Assembly (NCBI RefSeq): GCF_006345805.1
Contig: NC_042999.1
Coordinates: forward strand, 62,372,001 to 62,436,000
Direction of reading: 5' to 3'
Source of the DNA: Octopus sinensis
Taxonomy: Eukaryota
Length of the DNA stretch: 64,000 nt
Below are positions 24,293 to 37,660 of this stretch, piece by piece. Under the pieces are notes generated by a model. It was not told the DNA's origin. It saw nothing but the letters and a program-made list of their open reading frames with translations, and did no database searches. A program made the position numbers and the translations under genes. Position 1 is the stretch's first letter. Each line of letters begins with the position of its first letter.

Positions 24293-27200
24293 TGAAGAAA
24301 TGTAGATTAGGTTGTTGTTTTTTTTATTAATGTTTTTGAAAATTTAGAATCTTTTTGTGATTTAAGTGATTTAGGTGTTGAATTGAAGTTTGGTTTTTGA
24401 AGGAAAATGTCTACTCCTTCTGTTATGCAGATCCCTACATATGCTTCTGCCATTATGTACTTTGAAATTAGTACCTTTTTATCTGCTATCTCACTTCAAT
24501 TCATATGCTTTCTATTTTTTTCTTTTAACATTTTAGGCAAATTATTTTTAATTGAATTTGGTATTTTAACAGCAATCAATAAATCTACCAAGTATAATTG
24601 TTAACTTGTTCAGTAAAGTAATTAGTCTGACCTTATGACACTATAAATTATATGTGGCAGGAATTGCATATATCACTTGCTGTCTAGTAATTCAGCTAAT
24701 TATTTTCTTCATACATCTCTAATGTATTTTGAAATGTTATTTGTAACAAAATTAGGTTATTAGTTAAATATGGAAAATAATCTAAGATTTAATTTGATTT
24801 TATTTAGGATTTGAAATATTAAATATCATTCACTAACTTCATTTTAAACAATGAACATTTCTTTGAGCCTATATAGCATTCCAGAAGGGAAAAATCACCA
24901 GTCTAGGAATGTTTTGTTATGATATCTAACCAAATATTGGAGTAATAAATCAATACATATGAAAGAAGCTTAATAAGTCGAACCTACTCATTTCTGCTTT
25001 GGTAAGAGTTGTGTGACAAATTGCTTGTAATAACCAATGAAAAGTGAGTATTCAGCTTTTCATGGCAAAATGCTTATTGCAAGATGTTACCAAGTATTGT
25101 TAAACATGTGATTTCGTTTATTTACTGGTGGCAAAGCACTTTATATTTTGTCAATATCTACTCTCAACTATTACGAAAGTATTACACAATAAGCACCTCA
25201 TTAGTATTTCATTCTTCTGTCTATCCTGTTTCCTTTACTTTCTGCCTTGATTTTTTTTATTCCAGTTTTAGGTACCTGTATTAAGAGCAGAGTTAATATT
25301 GTCAATGGATCACATGGACGTAGATATTAGCTCAGTTTTGTCATTCTAGAATCTCTGAAAGTTTCTAACTATTTATTTATAATCTGTTACATTTTAATAT
25401 TAATTATTGCAACTACTTTTCTTAAATATTCCCTAGCTAATAAATTTAATTTTAACACTGAATATTGCTGTTGAAAGATGGCACAGTTTTCCAGTATTGT
25501 AGTCATCAGAATTGCTACATTTCTAATTACTGTAGTTGTCAAACTGAATTATTTACTGCTATAAACTAAATGCTCAGATCTTTCCAAAGGCTTAATTCAA
25601 CTTTTAGATAAACACGATTGCAGCATCTACTTGTCTGTATTAGTTGTATCATTCAGCTTAGCTTACATGAATAGGCTCACTGTAATGTAACTCTGAATAT
25701 GGTAATATGTCTCATTTACAGTGTAACTAGTCATGGCAGTGTCATAATATATTAATAAACACCAAATAATTTAATAAGAGAGCACCTACCGGATAGCAGC
25801 AGTCAAGGTTTGAGGTTAACGTCCTGTTATCTGGTCAAATGATTTAGCTTGCAATAGCTGAGTGCACCTACCATGAATTGTTGCTGAATATGTTGTTGAT
25901 GAACCCCAGTTCAATTCTGAATAAGCAAACCCATGATCAAAAACATTCCAGCCATGACCATCCTGTGTTTACAGGAGCATATAAAACTACATGATCTAAT
26001 GTATCCTTTCAATTTTAAAACCAGTAAAGTGTGATTTGAGGGAGATTTGACTGCTCTTTATAACATGTTGAGCTATTATATAGGAGCTTCCTTGGAGTAA
26101 CATGGGTAGTAAGTAGCATTAGTGTTAAGTTCTGTTCCTCCTAAAGGAGAAGCTATTTGCTTTAAATCAGTGTCGTTTCTCTATCTAGGAAAAAAATTAT
26201 CTTTTTTCTGCTTAATGCTATGGAAAACCAGCAATAGTAGACTGCTCCAGTTGATTCTTGTTATTTGAAAAAGATACAATTTGCTTCAATGAATAGCAAC
26301 TATGTAGTCTGTAGTCAAGGTTTTAATGCTTTTTAAAATTCAGTAAAGTTATCACTAGCTGATTGGTATAAAGATTGTAGTCCAACTAATATTGATTAAT
26401 GGCATGTTTTTCCATTCAACTAATGAATTAATTAGTCTAATCACATCTGTCTATTAGTACCTAATACATTATACATCCCTGTATTCAATATACCTACTGT
26501 AGTGTCATTAAAGATAGCCTAACTGGTGTAGTACAATTAGTGTTTTAGATATCAACTGCATATCTCCTGTATTATCATTACATGCAATATAACTTATGAT
26601 AGTGTGCTTGCAAGCAGTAGTGTCATTACAGATAGCAAACCTACTATACTGTCATTGGAAGCTGAATATCTGTTTCAATTTAATTGTAGACAGCTTATTG
26701 ACTGCAATGTAATTACTGACAACATCTTATTTGTCATTAGAGGCAATTTACTTGTAATGTCAGTGCAGGTAATATAATATAGCTGTTGTACCATTTCTGG
26801 CTGTATACTTGTGTTGTCATTACAAGCAGCAACTAAACCAGCTGATGATTTTATGACTTATCTATAATTATTTAAATATTTTTCATGATTTTTTTTCATA
26901 GCACATCAGAAAAACAAAATTGAAACCTAAATAGAGAAGCAGTATTCTATGGTTTTTAAAGCCAGATTTAGTGGATTATGCTCACTTATGAAACAGTTAA
27001 TGAAGCTTTTAACACTCAAGTGGACTCTGTTTAGTAGTCTGTGGTGTTTGGCTGAATTTCTTGCTTAAGTACACATGATACAAACATGTTCCTCATATGC
27101 TAATAAATTTGCAGTTACTTTCCATCATAGACACTCTACAGAAAAGTTTCTTTTTTTTTTTATTAGTTTCAGTCATTAGCTAGTGGCCGTGTTGGAACAT

Positions 27201-27561
27201 AAGCTTCAAGAGTTTTTGTCAATCATATCAATTCTAGTACATCTTTCAGACTGGTATTTATTTTAACAATTTTTACTTGTTAACAGTTAAGTTACAAAAC
27301 ACAAAGGACCACAGCATAAACAGCACCGGACTTTAGATTGGCATAAACACAAACATGCATGCACAGAAAGAAATGTTTAAAATATTTAAAGCAAGTTTTA
27401 AAATAACAACAGAACATTTACTAATGGCGTAATTCTATATTGAGAGTAAAATCAACACAAACACCCCTGCATATCTTCACCCTTAAAACAATATCCACAC
27501 TTTTAAAAATTAAGAATACTGGTGGAACATTGCAATAAAAACAGCAACCTAGTGTAAGCTT

Positions 27562-27892
27562 AACAGGCCAGATACAGTTGTAAGGAAGCAAAAGTCATGC
27601 ACTGTTGTAGAGATCAACTGCCTGGCAGATGTGAATATCTCTTCAAGAATTGGCAGAAAAGAGAACATCTGTAGAGAACTGATAAAAAGCCAACAGCTCT
27701 TTTTATTCAGGCTATAGAGTTTCATTTGTTCCTGTTATCATAGGTGCACTGGACTGTATAACAATAGATTTACATAGAAACCTAGAAAGGTTTCATTTTG
27801 GGATTTGGTTTGCAAGATTCTTTATATTACTTCGTGTGTTGAAGCATATTCTGTTGTGTCTGGGGAGAGGCATTTTCTTTTTGTGCCTTATA
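27562..27892 (+). pseudogene. RLE-domain fragment of an R4/Dong-like LINE
   Basis: NRPDTVVRKQKSCTVVEINCLADVNISSRIGRKENIC...YRVSFVPVIIGALD (PD-D/ExK-type endonuclease remnant). Confidence 0.6.
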
Positions 27893-28085
27893 ATTTAACA
27901 CACTCACTGGTAAAATTTCCACTTATTTCTTATTTTTATTTTCCTAAAATTTTCATTGCGTCTTGCAACCTTTTCAATAGTCTTGACTCTCAAGACTATT
28001 GAAAAGGTTGCAAGACGCTATGAAAATTTTAGGAAAATAAAAATAAGAAATAAGTGGAAATTTTATCGGTGATTGTATTAAATTT
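27892..28085. repeat. Near-perfect inverted repeat (hairpin)
   Basis: 76-bp arms 27911-27986 and 27990-28065, one mismatch, 3-nt loop CTC; extends about 19 bp further with 4 mismatches. Confidence 0.95.
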
Positions 28086-28922
28086 AGAAAGGTTTAGTTC
28101 TCCAAAAAGAAAAGAGCAAATTGATTCACATTCTCTGGATAAAATCAATCAGAGGAACAGTGAATAGTTTGTAAAGCATTTCAGGGATTTTCCATTTGAG
28201 CTTCTTGGATGAACATATGCACTCAATCACATATACATAAGGAATACATATGCACACACATGCACATAAACAGTAATAAAGTATACACATTTGTATTCTC
28301 TTGTGATATGCATACCCTGATACAAGTTTATCCACATGCACACATATATATACACATCAACCAATACAGGTAATCGCAAACCCTAGAAATGTTATGATTT
28401 AAACAAAAGAGCTTTGCCACTTTGTTAGTGTCTAGCTTGCTTGAATTCCATAAAGGAAAAAAAAAACTTAAAACAAATCCAAAACAAACATGCATGCATA
28501 CATACATACATTTCATTCCAATGACTTTGGAACAATAGGTTTAGTGGGTACAAGTGCACTCCTTAAAGTTTAGGTGAAGCAATGAAAACACTTTGAGCAT
28601 CCCCTTGAAAAACGAATGAGTGCAGAAACATTTTCGGACTGATTTGAAACATTACTTTTCCATTATTGGATTCATTTAATTTGATTGATGTACAAATATA
28701 ATTCTGATAATTATTACATACTACTGTTTGTTTTGATATTAAGATTGAAAAAATCGATCTCGTTTGTAAAAAATTGTGGACCCACTAAACAAATCTTGTT
28801 CTTGCACTTATGATACATTTACACATGCTTGCATACGTGTATGCTTGCTTACATACATGCAAGCATGCATATACGCATGTATACATCCATCCATGTATCC
28901 AAGCATACATACTTGCATGCAT

Positions 28923-29168
28923 ATACTCTTTACTCTTTTACTTGTTTCAGTCATGTGACTGTGGCCATGCTGGAGCACCGCCTTTGGTCGAGCAAATCGA
29001 CCCCAGGACTTATTCCTTGTAAGCCTAGTACTTATTTATCAGTCTCTTTTGCCGAACTTCTAAGTTACAGGGATGTAAAGACACCAGCATCGGTTGTTAA
29101 ACGATGTTGGGAGGACAAACACAGACACACAAACATATACACACACATACATATACATACATATATAT

Positions 29169-29222
<54 letters not shown>

Positions 29223-29395
29223 CATATATACGACGGGCTTCTTTCAGTTTCCGTCTACCAAATCCACCCACAAAGCTTTGGTCAGCCTGAGGCTATAGTA
29301 AAAGACACTTGCTCTAGGTGCCATGCAGTGGGACTGAACCCGGAACCATGTGGCTCGTAAGCAAGCTACTTACCATGTAACCACTCCTACGCCTA
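28923..29395 (-). mobile_element. SINE family A
   Basis: Reverse-complement copy with long internal (TA)n. Confidence 0.85.
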
Positions 29396-29555
29396 TAGAG
29401 TCACTATATAAGTGACTCTTTTACATAGTTTTCAAATTCTTGTAAGGTACTGGTTAACTTGAGGCTATAATTGAAGACATTTACCCAAGGTTTTGTGCTG
29501 TGGAATCAAACTCAGATCTACATGACCACAAAGCAAACTTCTTAATTACAGGTCA

Positions 29556-30050
29556 GCCTGTAATGATATGCATAAGATCTGGTCATCAAATCTAAGTAGA
29601 GATTTCAAACTTAAAATCTTCAAAGCCACAGTCGAACCAATTCTACTATATGGCTCGGAAACCTGGACATTATCAAAGAAGCTTGAGAGGTGGTTGGATG
29701 GAACTTACACTCGCCTCCTTATGAGGGCTCAAAATCTCTCGTGGAAGCGTCATTCAACAAAAGTACAAATATATGGGAAACTACCATCTGTATCATCTCT
29801 TGTGAAAGGTAGAAGAGTCCAGTTTGCTGGACATTGTCATAGAGCTGAAAACGATGTAATTTCTACTCTTCTCCTCTAGAAGCCATCTGCTTGCGATACC
29901 GAGGGCGCACACTCTCCTACCCTGATGTAATCTCCAGTGATACAGGTATCCAGCAACAGGACCACCGTAATGCTATGATGGACCGTGAAGTCTGGCGTAA
30001 CATAGTAAGTTCCATTGTCTCGACCACGGTCGATCAATGAATGAAATGAA
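29556..30050 (+). mobile_element. Second RTE-like LINE family, 3' end
   Basis: KIWSSNLSRDFKLKIFKATVEPILLYGSETWTL...RRVQFAGHC...MMDREVW, then an AATGAATGAAATGAA tail. Confidence 0.8.
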
Positions 30051-31075
30051 TTACACAGTCAGTATATAAAGAATCAAAAGTAGATATTATAAGGCTTTTA
30101 TACCTGTTAATCCCACATTTATGCCAACACAACTACTAACTACTTTGTTTTGATATTAATTTCTAACATTGGCACAAAGTGATAATGTTGTGGAGAGAGT
30201 ATAGTCTATCAAATTTACCCCAGTACTTGACTGGTATGTTCTTTAGGATCTCAGAAAGATAAAATGTGAAGTTGAGCTCAGCAGGATATGAACTCTGATT
30301 ATAAAGAACCATAACTAAATACTTCAAGGCATTTTGTTTAATGCTGTATGATTTCTGCCAACTTAGCAACTTTCTTAATATTAGCAAAATGAAAGATATG
30401 TTACAAATCAATAATTATGTTAGTTCATTGATTTGTTAGTGTGCTGTTAAAATCGTTAAGCATAACTATAAGTATTACTTTTTGAAGATTTCTGTTGATT
30501 TGCCTAAATCTTGAAGTTGTTTCTAAACAAATGTTAATATTGATAAATGTTATTGATCTACATAATCTTCTTAATATGTTTGATTGAATATAAGAAAATG
30601 ATGACACTATTATTAAGTTTTTTGACTATATTACATTTACTCAGGTTGTATATTTATCTAGATCATAGGCTGGCTTACAATAAAGCCTTTAATATAAGAC
30701 ATTTCATGACTTCATGCATTCCTTCTTGATTTGTAACTGGAAAATATAATTAATTGTGATTGTGATTGGAAATTTTGTTTATAACATCAAAAGGGTTTTA
30801 TCCCCATTTTTATCACCTGCAAGAATGAATTCAAGTTAATTGATACTGTCTGATTGCAAAATAGATTTGATGCCTTCTGCAGAAATTTCATTGAGATAAT
30901 AAGTCTTCAATACACTGAAGTTTCTCTCTTTATTGTGATGATTTTTTTTTGATTTTTTTGGCACGTTGTTTAATAGATGCATGTTCATCATATTAGATTT
31001 ATATGAAAATATCACTTCCATAGTTTTATATCATCTTGTGTATTGTTAAATCAATTGAATAAAAGATGAAGGCTG

Positions 31076-32998
31076 TCATCATCATCATCATCATCATCAT
31101 TTAGCGTCCGTTTTCCATGCTAGCATGGGTTGGACGGTTCAACTGGGGTCTGGGGAGCCCGAAGGCTGCACCAGGCCAGTCAGATCTGGCAGTGTTTCTA
31201 CAGCTGGATGCCCTTCCTAACGCCAACCACTCCGAGAGTGTAGTGGGTGATTTTATGTGCCACCGACACAGGTGCCAGACGAGGCTGGCGAACGGCCACG
31301 CTCGGATGGTGTTTTTATGTGCCACCGACACAGGTGCCAGACGAGGCTGGCAGACGGCCACGCTCGGATGGTGTTTTTATGTGCCACCGACACAGGTGCC
31401 AGATGAGGCTGGCGGACGGCCACGATCGGATGGTGTTTGTTACGTCCCCAAAGCACGGAGGCCAGTCTATGCGGTACTGGCTACGGCCACGTTCGGATGA
31501 TTTTCTTGTGTGCCACCGGCACTGGTACCACAAAGATACAAATTCCATTTATGTTCATCTATTTTGATTTTTTTGATTTGATTTGATTTGATTTGATTTG
31601 ATTTGATTTCACTTGCCTCAACAGGTCTTCACAAGTGTCACAAGAAGGAAGGTATGCATAGGTGGACTGTCTACGTCGCCGGGTCTTCGGATGGTGTCTT
31701 TATGTGCCACCGACACAGGTGCCAGATGTGGCTGGCGAACGGCCACGATCGGATGGTTTTCTTGTGTGCCACCGGTACTGGAACCACAAATATACAAATT
31801 CCATTGATGTTCATCTATTTTGATTTTTTGATTTCACTTGCCTCAACAGGTCTTCACAAGTGTCACGCGTGTCACACACTTGCCTCAACAGGTCTCCACA
31901 AGTGTCACACACTTGCCTCTGCCTCAACAGGTCTTCACAAGTGTCACACACTTGCCTCTGCCTCAACAGGTCTTCACAAGTGTCATAAGAGGGAAGGTAA
32001 GCACAGGTGGACTGACTACGTCGCCGGGTCTTTGGATGGTGGTGGTGTTTTTATGTGCCACCGACACAGGTGCCAGGTGAGGCTGGCGAACGGCCACGAT
32101 CAGATGGTGTTTGTTGTGCCCACAGCACGGAGGCCAGTCGACGGCCACGTTCGGATGGTTTTCTTGTGTGCCACCGGTACTGGAACCACAAAGATACAAA
32201 TTCCATTGATATTCATCTATTTTGATTTGGTTTGATTTCACTTGCCTCACAGGTCTTCACAAGGGTCACACACTTGCCTCAACAGGTCTCCACAAGTGTC
32301 ACACACTTGCCTCTGCCTCAACAGGTCTTCACAAGTGTCACACACTTGCCTCAACAGGTCTTCACAAGTGTCATAAGAGGGAAGGTATGCACAGGTGGAC
32401 TGACTACGTCGCCGGGTCTTCGGATGGTGTCTTTATGTGCCACCGGCACAGGTGCCAGATGAGGCTGGCGAACGGCCACGATCGGATGGTGTGTGTGTGC
32501 CCACAGCACGGAGGCCAGTCGATGCGGTACTGGTTACGGCCACGTTTGGGTGGTTTTCTTGTGTGCCACCGGCACTGGTACCACGAAGAATACAATTCCA
32601 CTGATGTTCATCTATTTTGATTTGTTTTGATTTGATTTGATTTCACTTGCCTCAACAGGTCTTCATAAGTGTCACAAGAAGGAAGGTATGCACAGGACTG
32701 ACTACGTCCCCGGTCGGGGCCACGGGTTATGGCCTGACTAGTCTTGCCGGTCTTCTCATGCACAGCATACTTCCATAGGTCTCGGTCTCTAGACATTTCC
32801 TTAGTGAGACCTAAAGTTCGAAGGTCGTGCTTCACCACCTCGTCCCAGGTTTCCTGGGTCTACCTCTTCCACAGGTTCCCTCCACTGCTAGGGTGTAGCA
32901 CTTTTGCACACAACTATCTTCAGCTTTCTTGTCACATGACCATACCAGCGCAGCCGTCTCTCTTGCACGCCACAACTGACGCTTCTTAGGTTCAACTT
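31076..32998 (-). mobile_element. RTE-clade LINE 3' end with tandemly amplified UTR
   Basis: ORF end CVQKCYTLAVEGTCGRGRPRK..VKHDLRTLGLTKEMSRDRDLWKYAV at 32.7-33.0 kb; UTR block repeated about four times; (GAT)n tail at 31076. Confidence 0.85.
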
Positions 32999-35604
32999 TT
33001 CTTATTGAAACCATGGGATGCGTGTAGACAATACTTTGTAGTTTGAAATGTAAAGTGTGGCATTATTAATAAACACACTTTTAGCTTCAATAAGAAAAGT
33101 GATTTCACTTCAGGTTTTATCTCTGTATTTGCATAAAAATAGTGGGACAAATCTGACCAGTTTTGGGTCTTGTTACATCTTCATTAGAAATATTACCTAT
33201 CTTCTATCTACAGAGAGAGATTGGTAGCTAATAATTTTTTGTAGTGTATACAAACCAGTTTCTAGTCTTGTATATGAATTAGGATTCAGTTAAACAGGTT
33301 AGTCTAATTTACATAACAATATGCTTACAACATGGATTAATTCATTCATAATGCAGCACAACATAGCATTTTTAGATAATTTGAAATGTAAATTAAACCC
33401 TTATTTAATAAACAGATAATTTTAGCCTCAATGTCAGACTTTGATCAAAAAACGATTACTCATGTTCCATCTACTTTGTTTACTTTTCACAACAAGGCTA
33501 AAAATTTGTTTTAACTCCTAAAATCTTATACTGCAATCATCTGCAACTATTACCAAGTTCTGAACAGCATGTGACTGCAATTCAAGAAGTTTTGTTATTT
33601 GGGGACCAAAAAACAAATCTACTGTTACATGCAAGAAAACAAAGTTTGGCTTCATTTCAGAAAGAACTTCCTGTTTATACCATATGCATTTATTTTTTAG
33701 TGGTTTATTGAGTGAATTTCTTTGGATTTTTTTATTTTATTTTTCAAGCATCATGGCAGGTAATTTAGACTGCAGTCATATTATTTATTAATGATTTATT
33801 TATCAATAATTTAATTAGACTTGGAGAAAATAATCATAGTCATATTACAATGTCACCAGTATACATCAGCGATCTCTGTTATTTTGACTGAAATTTATAT
33901 CGAGGTTATTGATTCTGAGTAGGACTGGAGTGGCAGTGTAATGGATCATTGCTTCAATGCTTTCATTAGTGATGGAGGCCTTGCAAAACTTTTGAATTTT
34001 GAAGCAAAGCCCATTGAGTATTTTCTTTTACTCTTTCCTGAAGAAATTTTTGTCAGAACGAATGATGAAACCTTGAGGTAGGGACACACCACCTTCATTA
34101 CATAAATTGAGGAGTGCTTTTTCTGAGGATACTTGTATAGCTTCCTAGTTACAAAGATTACAGGAACACAAATTCAGCTCTGTGACAGGAAATCAACACA
34201 CAAGAATCAATATCTTGTAAATACATGTGAAGACACTTCATATGTGTTCATCTCCCCTGTATTCAACCTACTTGAGCTGGTAACATTTACATGGCAACAA
34301 TTAAAAATCAATAACAAGACTGTGATTCCAGAATTCTTTTCATGAAATTATGACGTTCCCTAGAACCCATATTTTCATTTTTTAAATTTCAGTAAAAGAT
34401 ATATTTTAATGAAAAAATTCTGGAGTACTGTGACTCCAGAACTTTTTTCATAAAATTATGATATTCCCTAGAACCTACTTTGAGAAATGTTACTATATAA
34501 TTCAAAAGGATTTCAGAAAGTAATCCAGGAAGAGATATTGATTTGGTTAATTTTTTTTTCTTTAATAGTTATACTTAATGTACTTATCATATGTGATGTA
34601 TTTATTTCCCAGTATGGTAGAATAAAATAATATAAATATAGAATATTCAAGATTACCTGAAAAAAATTTGAACTCAACCAGCATTTTAATTCATTCAATT
34701 TTCATGGCTACATCTTTTAGCATTGTAAATCTGACTTTACTTTTTGAATTTATACATTACAATTGTTCCATTCAAGAAACAAAAACAAACCTTGACTGAC
34801 CATCCAAGATAAACTCAAAACTTTAGATATGGCCTTGATTTTAGTGAATTATCTTGACATGCTTGTTTACTTTTGCTTGGATTCAAACTCAAAATTGTAA
34901 TCTACTTAAGAGCATTTTACTAGCACTCTGTACTACTGACCCACCTTTTTAATAGATTTTAATATATTACTTGGTTAAATATTTGGAAGTAAACAGGCTG
35001 CTTGTTTTGTAGCCTTTAAAATCAGTATTTACACAAGTTTCTTAATAATTAAAAAAAAATTCAGCCAATAGAGAAATGTTTAAAAGTGTTATCTAACATA
35101 GGTTGAACAACATAATCTGGAGGTGCTTTCATTCTTCTGACATATAATGGTTTTATATTCAGAACAAAGTATAGAAGAGTCAATTATTTTAAATGTTAGT
35201 CATTTACTTCCAGATATAATATATAATATCAACAGGTGGGCATGGATTGTAATATCTATAGAAAGGGCAAAGGTGTTAATGTAGCTTGCTGCTCTTCAAG
35301 GGTTGTTCATTAACTGAGCAGCAGAATATATGTTTATGTAATAAGTTTCTGTTCATAAAGTTCGTTTCTAATTCTCAGTGTTTAACCAATCTTAAAATTA
35401 AAATGCATTTGGTTCTGTTTATAAGTATTGACATAATTTTTAACAGTCATAAGAGCATTTGCAACATCCCTTCTGCTCTGGAAACATTTTTTCTTCTAGA
35501 TGTCCTTTCTTTGCAATATAATTGCAGATAAGGCTTTGTAAATAGGAAGGAGATATGTTATGGATTTTTAGTTTGTGGGTTTATGGTTCCTCTAGATTTG
35601 GGGA

Positions 35605-35826
35605 TAAACCCTTTAGTGTTCAAATTACTCTGATAAACGTTAAGATTATTTATATTATTTTGAATTAATCATGTATTATCTCATAGATTTGAAATTTTAT
35701 GATCTTATTGTCTATATTTGGAATGGCATTGTAGGTAAGTGTGCAAGGCCAGATCTAGTTAGTTTAAACATAAAACAGGAGGCATATTTGGGCTGGATAT
35801 GGCTAGTTTAAAAGCTATAGGATTAA
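35605..35826. mobile_element. piggyBac-type MITE family 2 (degenerate)
   Basis: Internal similarity to 46155-46382 (AATCATG.ATTATCT, GCCAGATCT, AACATAAAACAGG, GGATATGGCT); ends decayed. Confidence 0.6.
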
Positions 35827-35879
35827 AATAGTTTTTATTTCTGTGAATCATTCAAGCATTGTCTCTGGCTCTGTCAGCA

Positions 35880-36960
35880 TCTAGTTGAACTTCTCTATCA
35901 GCACTTTATGTCTCCCTATGACTAGATTCATAACCAAAAGCTATGAATTCTGTCACCCCTTGGTGCCTTCCTGCTGTTTGATTTTTTGCAGTATTTGGGT
36001 TATTTCTATTGTTATTGGTATCCAAGGTTGTTCAGGTACTCTGTTTGATGTTTTGAAAATTCTTTTCTTACGTGATTCCTTTGCAGTTCCCAAAATTCTT
36101 CCACTTCTCTTACTTTTGATGCAGCATTGACTTCTATTTAATTTTTACCAAGTTCTTTGAAGAATCATTTTGGGTTGAAGTTAAATTGTTTGTTTTGTTT
36201 AAAGAAGCATTAGTATTTTTCATATGGACAGATTCTTTGTGATTTAGCAAGGATCTCTTTTTTTAGGCATCGTTTTATTTGCTGCTTTAGGCATTTTGCT
36301 ACTTTATATTTCTGTAGTATTTGTCTCTCTTTCCTGTTGTTTAGTACTCTTGTTTTGTTTCTGATTTACTTGTCATTGACAGATCCTTTTTCTTATTCTC
36401 TATCTTTTTCTGAATATTTGCCATGGTATTTGTTTGAGTTTTGATATTCCCATTTTGGTGGATCTGAGGAATAACCAATTTTCTTTTGTGAAGGCTGCTG
36501 TATATACTATTTTATTTAACCTGGTAACGTTGAGGTTTGCATGTTATAATTAAGTCTGCTGTAGCCAAATTTATTATTATTTCCATTTCACTTTTCAAAT
36601 CTCTTGATTTCACTTGCTCTGGCTATTTCTGTAAGAGCGGACAATAACCTGTTGTCAAAGGTCTCACAGGGTCTCTTTCCACAATACTTAATATACAAGT
36701 ACCAATCTCAAAATCTTTACTGTCCCAAATGAAGCAGTTCTCTTAGCATGTTCTACCTTCATGTCAATTCCAATTTCTCCAACAAATTTCTCAAATATGG
36801 TTGTTAATACTCCCAGTGGCCCAACACTTACTGAGATGACAGTTATGGTTTCAATTGCACATATTCATGCAATCTGTTCTTTTAGTTTATGCCTTCTGGT
36901 TTATGCTTGTACCATTTTAATGTCCTTTCAAAACCATACAATTTCCAGTGAACAACTTAG
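35880..36960 (-). pseudogene. R4/Dong-like (RLE-type) LINE fragments
   Basis: 36960-36640: KLFTG..KWYKHKPE...VISVSVGPLGVL...IGIDMKVEHAKRTASFGTVKILRLVL (C-terminus). 36540-35890: ILAKSQRICPYEK..FFKQNKQFNFNPK.FFKELGK...APRGDRIHSFWL (pre-RT region). Confidence 0.6.
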
Positions 36961-37205
36961 CTACATCATCATCATCATCATTTAACATCCGTTTTCCATG
37001 CTAGCATGGGTTGGACGGTTCAACCAGGGTCTGGTAAGCCATGGAGGCTGCACCAGGCTCTAGTCTGATTTGGCAGTGTTTCTACAGCTGGGTGCCCTTC
37101 CTAATGCCAACCACTCTGTGAGTGTAGTGGATGTTTTTTACGTGCCACCGGCACAGGGGCCAGAGCAGGCTGGCAAATGGCCATGATTGGTTGGTGCTTC
37201 TACGT
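36961..37205 (-). mobile_element. RTE 3'UTR fragment
   Basis: (CAT)n terminus and standard UTR. Confidence 0.8.
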
Positions 37206-37219
37206 GTCACCAACACGGA

Positions 37220-37252
<33 letters not shown>

Positions 37253-37254
37253 AG

Positions 37255-37660
37255 AAGGCAGTGAGCTGACAGAATTGTTAGCATGCTGGATGAAATGCTT
37301 AGTGGCATTTCGTTTGTCTTTACATTCTGAGTTCAAATTCCGTCAAGGTCGACATTGCCTTTCATCCTCTCAGGTTCAATAAATTAAATACCAGTGAAAC
37401 ACTGGGGTCAATGTAATTGACTAGTCTACTCCACCAAAATTTCAGGCCTTGTGCCTTTAGAAAAAAGGATTACTATTTTTATTATTATTAAGGTGGTGGG
37501 TTGGCAGAATCACTAATGTTGAACAAAATGTCTTGCAGCATTTAGTTATGGTCTTTTACATTCTGAGATCAAATCCTGCTGAAGTTTACTTTGCCTTTTA
37601 TTTTTCCAGAGAACTGATGAGATAAGTACCAGTCGGGTGCAAAGGTCAATTTATTCAATC
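37255..37660 (+). mobile_element. SINE family C-related copies in tandem after a (TTA)n tract
   Basis: AAGGCAGTGAGCTGACAGAA head after (ATT)n; second degenerate head at about 37490. Confidence 0.65.

Noticed and set aside
31101-32620. Long repetitive ORFs (MCHRHRCQ.., LASTGLHKCHT..) suggesting a repeat protein
   Set aside because: They arise from tandem repeats in an RTE 3'UTR; the same peptides recur at every copy on both strands.
31240-32640. CRISPR-like repeat/spacer look
   Set aside because: The intervening segments are themselves repeated, not unique spacers; eukaryotic context; no cas genes.
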